Source of the DNA: Candidatus Poribacteria bacterium
GTDB taxonomy: Bacteria > Poribacteria > WGA-4E > WGA-3G
Assembly: GCA_965205015.1 (NCBI GenBank)
Contig: OZ242029.1
Coordinates: 3,008,001-3,072,000, forward strand
DNA length: 64,000 nucleotides
Direction: 5' to 3'
Position 1 is the first letter of the stretch. The number at the start of each line of letters is the position of its first letter. This document shows, in pieces, positions 1 to 8,549 of the stretch. Below the pieces are notes generated by a model, which did not search any database, was not told where the DNA came from, and saw only the letters and a program-made list of their open reading frames with translations. The position numbers and the translations under genes are program-made.

Positions 1-2
1 AT

Positions 3-629
3 CACCCGCGACGCTTCGGGAAAAGCAAGTACGGACTCGGTAGAGTATGGCGCGTGATACTGGATATTATCGCTTTCAAGTTTATCATCTCTGTCTTTTC
101 ATCGCGTCCGGCTCCACAACAACCATCACTGCGACAGCGATTGTCAGATGTTCTTTTCCGTCCGAAGCAGCGAGCATTCCGAGTTGCTGCGTTCCTAAGT
201 CTACCTTTCTTTGTGTTAGGACGTGTTTTATTCGGAAGTGCTAACAGTGCAGCACTGAGTTGCTTCGGCTTAGGGGTAGCCCTACTGATACTTGGCTGGA
301 TAACTGAGGACAAAATTCAGCACGCTAAGAAAGCGTCAGCCACCTTAGGCACACTCGCGCGTTTTTTTATCGTTCAGTGTAAACGGAGACCTATTCGGTT
401 GTTTGGACCTATTGGCGTGGCGTTATTCGGACTCGGTGGGATCTTACGACTCGCGCCTATCAACTCTCTTTTGCTGAAAATTTTGGACGTTGGGTCATCG
501 AATCCGAGTGTTATTTTTATCACTGGCGGCATCTTCGTATTCTGCTTCGGTTTGTTTGGTGAAATTATCACATTTGCGAACGCAGGACGGGTAAAAGACT
601 ACACGGTCTCGGAGGTCACGAAAAGGTAA
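3..629 (+). CDS. Glycosyltransferase family 2 (ArnC/DPM1-like), C-terminal part; 5' end outside window
   Basis: Frame open from position 3: HPRRFGKSKYGLGRVWRVILD is the typical GT2 'R..G.SKY' segment, followed by TM helices and GLFGEII. Confidence 0.75.
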   Translation, partial: HPRRFGKSKYGLGRVWRVILDIIAFKFIISVFSSRPAPQQPSLRQRLSDVLFRPKQRAFRVAAFLSLPFFVLGRVLFGSANSAALSCFGLGVALLILGWITEDKIQHAKKASATLGTLARFFIVQCKRRPIRLFGPIGVALFGLGGILRLAPINSLLLKILDVGSSNPSVIFITGGIFVFCFGLFGEIITFANAGRVKDYTVSEVTKR

Positions 630-635
630 GATATA

Positions 636-1799
636 GTGAATAGTGCTTCTGTCGGGAATCGGAGTTCCCTCCTACAGCAAGATTGGCGGCGTGAATTTCC
701 GGTAACTGAAACTTATATCTATATGAACCATGCGGGGGTTGCCCCGTTATCGCTTCGGGTGCGGGACGCGATGGCAGGATTTATAGAGGATGCGACGCTG
801 AACGGTGCCGTGAATGCCGAACAGTGGGCGGAAACAGCCGAAGTATGTCGTGCAGCGGCAGCACAACTTATCAATGCGGATACCACAGAAGTCGCATTCA
901 TGAAGAATACAACACAAGGTATTCTTATCGCGGCCAACGGTATTGAGTGGCGAGAAGGGGACAATGTCGTCACGACAGCAGTCGAATTTCCTGCCAATAT
1001 TTATCCGTGGTGGAGTTTGAAAGAACGCTACGGTGTTCAAACGCGCATGGTGCCGGAGCGAGATGGGTGCATTCATATTGAGGATATCGCTTCCGCGATT
1101 GACACACGGACACGTGCTTTGACAATCAGCCATGTAGAGTTCGCCTCCGGGTTCCGAAACGATATTCAGGCACTCGGCGAGCTGTGCCGAGCACACAATA
1201 TTTGGTTCATCGTTGATGCCATTCAAAGCCTCGGCGCGATCGAAGTAGATGTGAAATCTTGTCATGTTGATATTCTGGCAGCGGATGGACATAAATGGCT
1301 ATTGGCACCGGAGGGTGCGGCAATCTTCTATTGTGCCGACGAAAAACGTGAGCGACTCATCAATACCAATATTGGGTGGTCGAGTGTCGTAAACCCACGC
1401 GATTTTCTCAATTACGATTTAACCCAGAAACCGGACGCGACCCGTTTTGAGGAAGGCTCTTACAACAGCGTCGGACTTTATGGACTCAAAGCAGCGATTG
1501 ACTTACTCCTTGACATCGGTATCCCTACAATTGAGGGGCGCATTTTGGAACTCACGAAGCGTTTAATAGGAGGATTAGAAGCCAAAGGCTATCGTGTCAA
1601 CACACCGAAAACAGATTCAGAGCGAGCGGGGATTGTCATTTTTGAAAGTGAATGGCACACACCTTCTGAAGTTTATGAGAGACTCCACACTGAGAAGATA
1701 ATTACAGCAGAACGCGGAAGTGGTGTCAGAGTCTCTCCTCATTTTTACAACACACCATCTGAGGTCGAACGCCTGCTTGAAGTGCTACCAGACCTGTAA
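636..1799 (+). CDS. Aminotransferase class V (cysteine desulfurase/isopenicillin N epimerase-like) PLP enzyme
   Basis: YMNHAGVAP, VDAIQSLG, ADGHKWLLAPEG (PLP Lys), RVSPHFYN. Confidence 0.9.
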   Translation: MNSASVGNRSSLLQQDWRREFPVTETYIYMNHAGVAPLSLRVRDAMAGFIEDATLNGAVNAEQWAETAEVCRAAAAQLINADTTEVAFMKNTTQGILIAANGIEWREGDNVVTTAVEFPANIYPWWSLKERYGVQTRMVPERDGCIHIEDIASAIDTRTRALTISHVEFASGFRNDIQALGELCRAHNIWFIVDAIQSLGAIEVDVKSCHVDILAADGHKWLLAPEGAAIFYCADEKRERLINTNIGWSSVVNPRDFLNYDLTQKPDATRFEEGSYNSVGLYGLKAAIDLLLDIGIPTIEGRILELTKRLIGGLEAKGYRVNTPKTDSERAGIVIFESEWHTPSEVYERLHTEKIITAERGSGVRVSPHFYNTPSEVERLLEVLPDL

Positions 1800-1832
1800 G
1801 TTCAATGGTTACTACTAAAAAAGGAAAAACAA

Positions 1833-3458
1833 TTGAGTATACATCAACAAAACAGCACTCAGGCACATACAGCACGCCAGTCATCGCCTGAGAGGAAAGC
1901 GTTGATGAAGGACAGGAAAGATGGATGGACGGGTGTTCCTAATCTTCCAATCTTCCAATCTTCCAATCTTCTCTTCCGACAGCCTCTCTTTTACCTGTCG
2001 CTTATGTTAGGCATACTGTTGATATTCAATGCCTGTACGATGCCCGGCGGTGATCAGAAGATTAGCAAGATCCGCCTCTCCATCCAAAATACATTACCGC
2101 TTCCTCGAAAGAGGGTTCCGATTGTGTTGACCGGTGCACAACTCCGAAAAGTGAATCCCGATTTCACCTTTAAAGCCTATTCCGTCGTTACCGGAAAAGC
2201 GCCGCGAGAAGTGATGGTTCCATCGCAAGCAGATGACTTAGACTATGACGGTGAACTCGATCAGCTCTGTTTTCTGTTGGATTTAGAGTCTGAACAGACA
2301 AAGGAGATTTCCATTCTTTATGATCCAAATGTCAAAGCGACGTTAACACTGGATATTAATAAACAGACGCGCGCCGTTATCTTTCCCGAACTCAACGTCG
2401 TGGCAGCAATGGAATCGAATTTGATTGCGTATTTATTAAAACCGAACGGTGCCTTCATCGCTTATGGTAAAAAACGAGCGGAATTATTCAGCGTAGATAC
2501 AATGTTTCAACCCGAATTAGATTACGAAAGACCGCCCTCACCGGAACTCAGACACCATTTCGAGAACAACGACATCCCCCTCTCCCAACAGGTCCAAATA
2601 GAAATAGAGAAACCGGAGCAAAAATGGATCATCCGCGATCTTGAGAATCAGGAAATCTACTTTATCCGAAAATCGCACAATATTGAAACCGGTCTTGAGC
2701 AAGAGGCTACAACAGAAGGGCAGTTGGACATAGTTCAGTCGATTGGCTTATCACTGAACGCACTTCTCAAACCTGAAACACCCGAGATGGTTGCGCTAAA
2801 TCGTTCTGAGGGTCTCATAGGTTGTGGCGGCATTGCCTTGTGGCATAAGGAAAAAGAGGAGATGATCCCACTCCCCACGGAAGGGGATTACGTCCGTATC
2901 CTCGCTGATGGGTCCATCCGTTCTATTGTCCAACGGATTATACCAGCGTGGAAAATTCAAGAGAGGACCCACCGGTTAACGTTAACCGCCTTCATCTATG
3001 GAGATAATCCGTGGATCGAGCATCATATCCATATTGATGGTAATCTCGCAACGGATTATGCTATTGCTACAGGTATCCCATACCTGAATGGGGCTTATGG
3101 AGAGGACAGAAAGCAGGGGTGGATATGGAGTTGGGGGGCGGATCCAAGCAACATAGATACACTGGGTGTCGCTCTCATTGCCCCCACGCATCGCGATGTA
3201 CAGGAGGCAAAGGCGCGAGCCTCTATAGGAGACCTGCGGGACAATGCTGCTCACGAAGCATCGGAGAGTTCTCTTTTGCCAGTTATCCTCACCCCTGATG
3301 CAGAAGGCAGACTCAATTATCGGACGTTTGCTATCTGGGGAGGTGGCATTGATGGCGTTGAGACCGAGACGGAATTCGCGGAACATGTTCAAATTACAAC
3401 GACTGCGTTGAAGACCCCGCCACACATCAAGTTCCTACCGAAAGAAGAAGAAAAGTAG
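1833..3458 (+). CDS. Putative lipoprotein, DUF4861-like; start uncertain
   Basis: 541-aa ORF, hydrophobic stretch ending LLIFNAC (lipobox), PSQADDLDYDGELDQLCF, GCGGIALW; N-terminus contains repeat-derived sequence. Confidence 0.6.
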   Translation: MSIHQQNSTQAHTARQSSPERKALMKDRKDGWTGVPNLPIFQSSNLLFRQPLFYLSLMLGILLIFNACTMPGGDQKISKIRLSIQNTLPLPRKRVPIVLTGAQLRKVNPDFTFKAYSVVTGKAPREVMVPSQADDLDYDGELDQLCFLLDLESEQTKEISILYDPNVKATLTLDINKQTRAVIFPELNVVAAMESNLIAYLLKPNGAFIAYGKKRAELFSVDTMFQPELDYERPPSPELRHHFENNDIPLSQQVQIEIEKPEQKWIIRDLENQEIYFIRKSHNIETGLEQEATTEGQLDIVQSIGLSLNALLKPETPEMVALNRSEGLIGCGGIALWHKEKEEMIPLPTEGDYVRILADGSIRSIVQRIIPAWKIQERTHRLTLTAFIYGDNPWIEHHIHIDGNLATDYAIATGIPYLNGAYGEDRKQGWIWSWGADPSNIDTLGVALIAPTHRDVQEAKARASIGDLRDNAAHEASESSLLPVILTPDAEGRLNYRTFAIWGGGIDGVETETEFAEHVQITTTALKTPPHIKFLPKEEEK

Positions 3459-3481
3459 GGGCGAGGTTACCTCGTCCCTAC
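3455..3481. repeat. GTAG/CTAC-tagged REP-like palindrome; relatives at 654-675, 4095-4120, 8508-8537, 21933-21955, 26060-26086, 45459-45487, 52945-52967
   Basis: GTAGGGGCGAGG-TTA-CCTCGTCCCTAC; 26060-26086 is the perfect version GTAGGGGCGAGG-TGA-CCTCGCCCCTAC. Confidence 0.8.
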
Positions 3482-3495
3482 AATTGGAGAAAACG

Positions 3496-4095
3496 ATGCT
3501 CATCAAGGAAGAGTGCTTGCAACTTATTGCAAACCAACGTACGGACGAAATCGTCGTCACAACAATGGGAACCACAGTGCCGTGGGGTAAAATATCAACA
3601 CATCCGTTGGATTACGCCTCCGTCGGGAGTGCGATGGGACACGCTGCCGATTTCGCACTCGGCATCGCACTTGCTAAACCCGATAAAAAGGTGATCGTGC
3701 TCAATGGTGACGGGAGTATGTTGATGTGCTTAGGGACATTGGCGACGATTACCGCTCTGAACACACCACCCCCTAACTATCTGCTCTTTGTCTGTGACAA
3801 CGGCACCTACGAAGTCACGGGCAATCAACCGGTGCCTGCTGGCAATGCGGGTTTCAGCTGGACCACGATTGCGAGAGGGGTCGGTTTTGAGAAGGTTTAT
3901 GAATTTGACAATCCGGACGTTTTGGATGAAGCACTCCCGAAAATCTGGAGTGAAACTGGACCCACTTTTGTGAATCTGAAGATTGTGCAAGCGCATGAAC
4001 CGCCGCCGGATCGGTGGGGTGGTTTTCCGTATCCGTATCTGCAAGAGTCACTCGCCGAATCCACGCATAAATTAAAAGAAGCACTTGCCAAGTAG
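3496..4095 (+). CDS. TPP-dependent decarboxylase beta subunit (sulfopyruvate/phosphonopyruvate decarboxylase-like)
   Basis: GSAMGHA, GDGSMLM...DNGTYEVTGNQP TPP-binding motif; GGAG RBS before ATG 3496. Confidence 0.8.
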   Translation: MLIKEECLQLIANQRTDEIVVTTMGTTVPWGKISTHPLDYASVGSAMGHAADFALGIALAKPDKKVIVLNGDGSMLMCLGTLATITALNTPPPNYLLFVCDNGTYEVTGNQPVPAGNAGFSWTTIARGVGFEKVYEFDNPDVLDEALPKIWSETGPTFVNLKIVQAHEPPPDRWGGFPYPYLQESLAESTHKLKEALAK

Positions 4096-4133
4096 TAGGC
4101 ACGCTCCACCGTGCCGTAACCCATAGGACAATT

Positions 4134-5036
4134 ATGGAAACCACCACAAAATTAGAAACTCGACGGATGGGGCGCACTGAGATGCGGCCGAACGCGCTTG
4201 CGCTCGGTGCAGCATGGATGTGGCAGAAACCGGATGCTGAAGTTATTGAAGCGATCCGACGCGGTATCGAACTCGGGATTAATTACATTGATACGTATCC
4301 AGGGCATGCCGAACATCTCTGGGGAGAAGCACTCTCTGATGGCGTGAGGGAAAGGGTCTATTTGCAGGCGAAGGTAGGCACACATCCAGAGCGACGGAAA
4401 GACTTCTCAGCGGACGGGACGCGATGGAGTGTGACAAACAGTCTCAAAAGTCTCCGCACGGAGGTCCTGGATTCTGTCCTCATCCACGATCCGATCGATA
4501 TGGAGAGTGTACTGGCACCCGGATGTGCCTTGGATACACTGTTAGAGATGAAGTCGGAAGGCTGTATTCGACATATCGGTGCGGGTGTCCGCTCCCATGA
4601 ATTCCACACAGAGCTCATCGAAACAGGACATATCGACATCATCCTTACTTTCTTAGACTATACGCTGTTGTCTCAATCTGTGTCGGAGACAACCTTGCCA
4701 CTGGCGCGCGAACACGATGTCGGCATCATTCTCGCGAGTCCCTTAGGCATGGGAAGTCTGACCGGTGCAGAACCCAATGTAGAGGAGGAACGCCGCCGGA
4801 ATCCGGATGCTGAGCCGAAGGCATACGCAATGTGGAAATGGTGTCAGGAACGCAATGTTAACATCCGTCATTTGGCGATGCAGTTTTGTCTTGCTGCCCC
4901 TATAGACGGTGTCGTGATGTTCGGTCCCGCGGATAAGGCACAGGTCGAAGACGGATATGCAGCGGCGACGGCTGACATCCCAGAACATATTTGGGAGACG
5001 TTTGAGGCGGAGTTTGGTATCAAACGTGGTATGTAG
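4134..5036 (+). CDS. Aldo/keto reductase
   Basis: RRMGRT, GINYIDT, QAKVG, SLKSLRTEVLDSVLIHDP, ASPLGMG. Confidence 0.9.
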   Translation: METTTKLETRRMGRTEMRPNALALGAAWMWQKPDAEVIEAIRRGIELGINYIDTYPGHAEHLWGEALSDGVRERVYLQAKVGTHPERRKDFSADGTRWSVTNSLKSLRTEVLDSVLIHDPIDMESVLAPGCALDTLLEMKSEGCIRHIGAGVRSHEFHTELIETGHIDIILTFLDYTLLSQSVSETTLPLAREHDVGIILASPLGMGSLTGAEPNVEEERRRNPDAEPKAYAMWKWCQERNVNIRHLAMQFCLAAPIDGVVMFGPADKAQVEDGYAAATADIPEHIWETFEAEFGIKRGM

Positions 5037-5090
5037 TTAATTGTCTAAGTCTCGAATTTTCGCGTTTCGTATTCATCAATAACTTAAGAC

Positions 5091-5696
5091 TCAAGCCTTT
5101 TGTGCTACCATGCTTGCGAGAATACCGAGAATTTTGTCGCATCGTTCGAGCATGTAAGTAGACATGTCAATATGGAGTCGCTTGCCTTCCAATTTGAGAA
5201 AGAGCCAATTGACTCCTGTCGTGGTGGCACCGTAAACACGTGAAATGTCGTTCTCTTTTTCAGCATTAAAGCGTTGGGCGGCAATCATCTCCGCTACACA
5301 CTGTCCGAGGCCTGTTATGAGATCATCCTTCTTCGCTTCAACAAGGATAATGACAGGTGACTCCAAATAGTACTGATTTGGGGATAAGCTCACCAAAAAA
5401 TCGCACACGCCTGTGAGGTCATTTTCGGTATCGACATTGAAATCAATGCCTGAAAAGAGGCTGATGCAGTGCTCAAAGTGTTCTCGGAGTTCAATGAGGA
5501 CATCGGCGACAATCATCTCCGATTTCGCTTTCTCCGTGCCTATTGCAACGGCTAATGGAACCTTTTTTGCTAACGCTTTGGTGAGTTCCGCGCTCGGTTC
5601 GACTCGCTCTGTTTCGGAAAAGAGTCCTGTGGACTGAACCATTTCGAGTTGAAATGTTTCTCTGACTGTTTCCAAGGTAAAGTTGCTATAAGCCAT
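5091..5696 (-). CDS. PD-(D/E)XK restriction-endonuclease-like hypothetical protein
   Basis: MAYSNFTL start, GVCDFL...LVEAKK, GQCVAEM, YGATTTG..W.F. Confidence 0.7.
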   Translation of the reverse strand: MAYSNFTLETVRETFQLEMVQSTGLFSETERVEPSAELTKALAKKVPLAVAIGTEKAKSEMIVADVLIELREHFEHCISLFSGIDFNVDTENDLTGVCDFLVSLSPNQYYLESPVIILVEAKKDDLITGLGQCVAEMIAAQRFNAEKENDISRVYGATTTGVNWLFLKLEGKRLHIDMSTYMLERCDKILGILASMVAQKA

Positions 5697-5733
5697 GTAT
5701 TGAATCCTCCGTTTGTTCGATGCGATGGATTCT

Positions 5734-6534
5734 TTAGGTCTTTACACCAATCGCCAAATCTGACGTGAATTGTTTCACCGCAGTGAGCAATTTGGCTTCG
5801 TTGTCCATATTGTCTTCAATGACATTGACAATGGCACTCCCAACAATCACACCATCGGCGATCTGCGCGACCTGCGTTGCCTGATCTGGTGTTGATATAC
5901 CGAAACCGACGCTAATCGGTTTATCTGTATGTTTCCGCAGTTCTGCAATCATGGGCGAGATTTCATCCGACAACATCGCCCGCGCCCCGGTTACACCCGT
6001 GACTGAGACACAATAGATAAATCCCGTGCTGACCGATGCGATCAGTTGCATCCGTTCCGGCGGACTTGTCGGTGCGGCGAGAAAGATCGTGGCGAGGTTA
6101 TAGTTCGGTGCGACTTCAAGGAGCGCTTGTGCTTGTTCAGGTGGTAAGTCTGGGACGATAACACCGTCGACCCCTGCGGCTTGGGCAGCCTTACAAAATG
6201 CGTCCTCTCCCATCCGAAAAATCGGATTATAGTAGCTCATGAGCGCAATCGGGATGTCCGTCTGTGTGCGGAGGGTTGTCACCATCTCAAGGATCTGTTG
6301 AAGTGAAATGCGATGGGTGAGTGCGCGTTCGCTGGCGCGTTGGACGGTGGGTCCGTCCGCGATTGGATCAGAAAAAGGGACACCGAGTTCGATGATGTCT
6401 GCGCCTGCTTCCTCAAGTGTAAGGAGGAGTTTGGAGGTAAGTTCCGGGGTTGGGTCTCCGGCACAGAGATATGGCATAAATGCCTTAGCACTTTGGTCTC
6501 GGAGTTCTTGAAATTTTTTATCAATTCGGTTCAT
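5734..6534 (-). CDS. trpA: Tryptophan synthase alpha chain
   Basis: AGDP, ELGVPFSDPIADGPTVQ, YYNPIF, PDLP, GVTG, VGFGIS, DGVIVGSA; start set at MNRID (ATG 6534). Confidence 0.97.
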   Translation of the reverse strand: MNRIDKKFQELRDQSAKAFMPYLCAGDPTPELTSKLLLTLEEAGADIIELGVPFSDPIADGPTVQRASERALTHRISLQQILEMVTTLRTQTDIPIALMSYYNPIFRMGEDAFCKAAQAAGVDGVIVPDLPPEQAQALLEVAPNYNLATIFLAAPTSPPERMQLIASVSTGFIYCVSVTGVTGARAMLSDEISPMIAELRKHTDKPISVGFGISTPDQATQVAQIADGVIVGSAIVNVIEDNMDNEAKLLTAVKQFTSDLAIGVKT

Positions 6535-6575
6535 GGATATGATTGAGTTTCGCTTTCTGTTAATATGTTTTCTCA

Positions 6576-6604
6576 ATTATACCTTGCACGAATTGAATTG
6601 TCAA
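6576..6604 (-). promoter_or_regulatory. Consensus sigma70 promoter of trpA
   Basis: Minus strand TTGACA-17 bp-TATAAT. Confidence 0.8.
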
Positions 6605-6741
6605 GCGGAGTTTTGTCAGTGAACCGGGAGTTTCAGTTGCGTGCGAACAGCGTGCCGCACTTCATCACAAATCGGTTCCTCCTATTGGCTATTTTCGCGT
6701 CAATCTTATCTATCCATATATTTTTCGATTTTACTATAATC

Positions 6742-8346
6742 CTAAGCCGATGAAGGACTTTTTTCTATCACAGGAATGACGTAACTCCGTATCGTGTAAC
6801 CATCTACCGTCTCTATCTCCACCCGCGATTCTGGCTCCTCGCGGTGATCAAAGACGACGTAGTATCCTTCTATCGCTTTCTCCAATTTGAGATACGCAGC
6901 AAGCTGCCTTTTGCCTGCTTGATACCGGCGTTCACCTCTCCAAATCTTGGTCTCAACGACATACTTGCGTTGATTGTGGATGATGCAGATGTCTATTCTA
7001 CCGCGCCCGGTTTGCACTTCAAGGAACAGGCTACCTCCTACTATTTGGACAAACTGGTCAAGATATGTGAGAAGCAGGTGTCTTCCGACAGACTCTTGAG
7101 GGGTTTGGGGTACTTCCAGAATCCGAAAACCTGCACGCGCAATGAAGTGGCAAAAATTATCGAGTAACGGTTGCATGTCAATCTGTCCGGTATCTGTGAG
7201 GTAAGTTTGGAAGCCCTTGATGTTGTCTTCGGGGAAATATAGTTCTTCCAACCCATTTACTGTCGGTTTGAATGCTTGCAGGATGCGGTAGAGATAAATC
7301 GGATTGGCGATGTCGCATAAGCCATCTGTCCCCTCCGCGATGACCCCATAAGTCGCAAGTTCACTGATAACATCATCATCTATATTGAAAGGCACGCCAT
7401 CCTCATGTGCTGTAATTCTCATAAGGATTTTTTCAAAGCGCGGATCTTTACGAATATTGGTTGTCAGATGCTCAATATTAGTGTTCCGACGGTGGAGGAG
7501 TCGCGTGTGTGCGGTTGTAAAATGTGCCATTGTAATCGGTTTGGTTTTTGGAACGTCAAGCTCTTCTGTAAGAATCTGCGCGAGCCGGTTGACGAGCACG
7601 GGTTGACCAGCGGTCTGCTTATGAATAGCGGTGATCACCTCGGGGGCGAAGGTTTGGCCGACTTCATCCGTGTATTGTCCAAACAGGTCTTGCACCTCCT
7701 CGCGCGTGAAGTTTGGCAAATGGAACTCATCCTGAATATTGAAGGGCGAGATGGACCGATCGTAGTTGAGTTGGTTGATGCTCTTGACCCCGACGATGCT
7801 CACACTGTGGGGACATCGGGGTTTGCCGGCGATGTAGATGTGGCGGAGGGTGTGGAGAAAATCACTTAAGGCGGCTTGTGGAATGCCGTCAAACTCGTCA
7901 ATAACGAGGACAACCTTTTGTCCGTTATATTCAACGTCTAAAAAACTCGCAAACTCCCTAAAAAATTCCAGCAGTGAAAGGTGGTCAGTGAGCGTTGTGT
8001 TTTTCAAAAATTGCGTTAGAGCGTCCGAAGGCACATTGTCGTGTTTCTGTAACACGTGCTCAATGCCTTGGCGAATTTGCTGGTAGAGATGCCCGTAGAA
8101 AGCCGAAGGGGAAAGGTTTTTATAGATGTCAAAATTCAGCGGAATCGGAAAGTAGGAGGGTTCTTCTTTTGTGAATCTGTCCAGCGCACGCTGAAAAAAG
8201 GTGGTTTTGCCGGTTTGACGCGGTGCAAAGATGACAATATACCGTCCCTCTTTGATGCGGTTGATGAAATCCTTAATCCTTTCAGTGCGTGCGACAACAT
8301 AGTTTTCCGCTGGATGCACGGGACCTTGAGTTCCAAACCGTCTCAT
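6742..8346 (-). CDS. AAA-like P-loop ATPase with C-terminal PD-(D/E)XK nuclease-like domain
   Basis: Walker A APRQTGKTT, Walker B LVIDEFD, SPFNI, GQP.LVN, C-terminal GRGRIDI...VVETKIW...QL..YL. Confidence 0.85.
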   Translation of the reverse strand: MRRFGTQGPVHPAENYVVARTERIKDFINRIKEGRYIVIFAPRQTGKTTFFQRALDRFTKEEPSYFPIPLNFDIYKNLSPSAFYGHLYQQIRQGIEHVLQKHDNVPSDALTQFLKNTTLTDHLSLLEFFREFASFLDVEYNGQKVVLVIDEFDGIPQAALSDFLHTLRHIYIAGKPRCPHSVSIVGVKSINQLNYDRSISPFNIQDEFHLPNFTREEVQDLFGQYTDEVGQTFAPEVITAIHKQTAGQPVLVNRLAQILTEELDVPKTKPITMAHFTTAHTRLLHRRNTNIEHLTTNIRKDPRFEKILMRITAHEDGVPFNIDDDVISELATYGVIAEGTDGLCDIANPIYLYRILQAFKPTVNGLEELYFPEDNIKGFQTYLTDTGQIDMQPLLDNFCHFIARAGFRILEVPQTPQESVGRHLLLTYLDQFVQIVGGSLFLEVQTGRGRIDICIIHNQRKYVVETKIWRGERRYQAGKRQLAAYLKLEKAIEGYYVVFDHREEPESRVEIETVDGYTIRSYVIPVIEKSPSSA

Positions 8347-8400
8347 TGCTGCTCCTTAGGTTTCTCAGACATGCTATGTGTTGACTTGTTGGTGATATAA

Positions 8401-8429
8401 AGTCTAACACAGTATCACGCTGATGTCAA
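8401..8429 (-). promoter_or_regulatory. Sigma70 promoter of the AAA ATPase gene
   Basis: Minus strand TTGACA-17 bp-(TGn)TAGACT. Confidence 0.6.
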
Positions 8430-8549
8430 TTTTTTAGGGAAAAGGGGTGTGTTCATGTTTGAAAATGTGTGGAACAATAGTGCTTAGGCGATCCATCAAC
8501 AAAAATAGGCGAGGTTAGGAAACCTCGCCAGCGGTGGGAGCCAGATCCT

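Noticed and set aside
6576-6590. Counting the trpA upstream GCAAGGTATAAT as a copy of element L
   Set aside because: Lacks the CC of the hairpin and all 5' parts; fully explained as a sigma70 promoter
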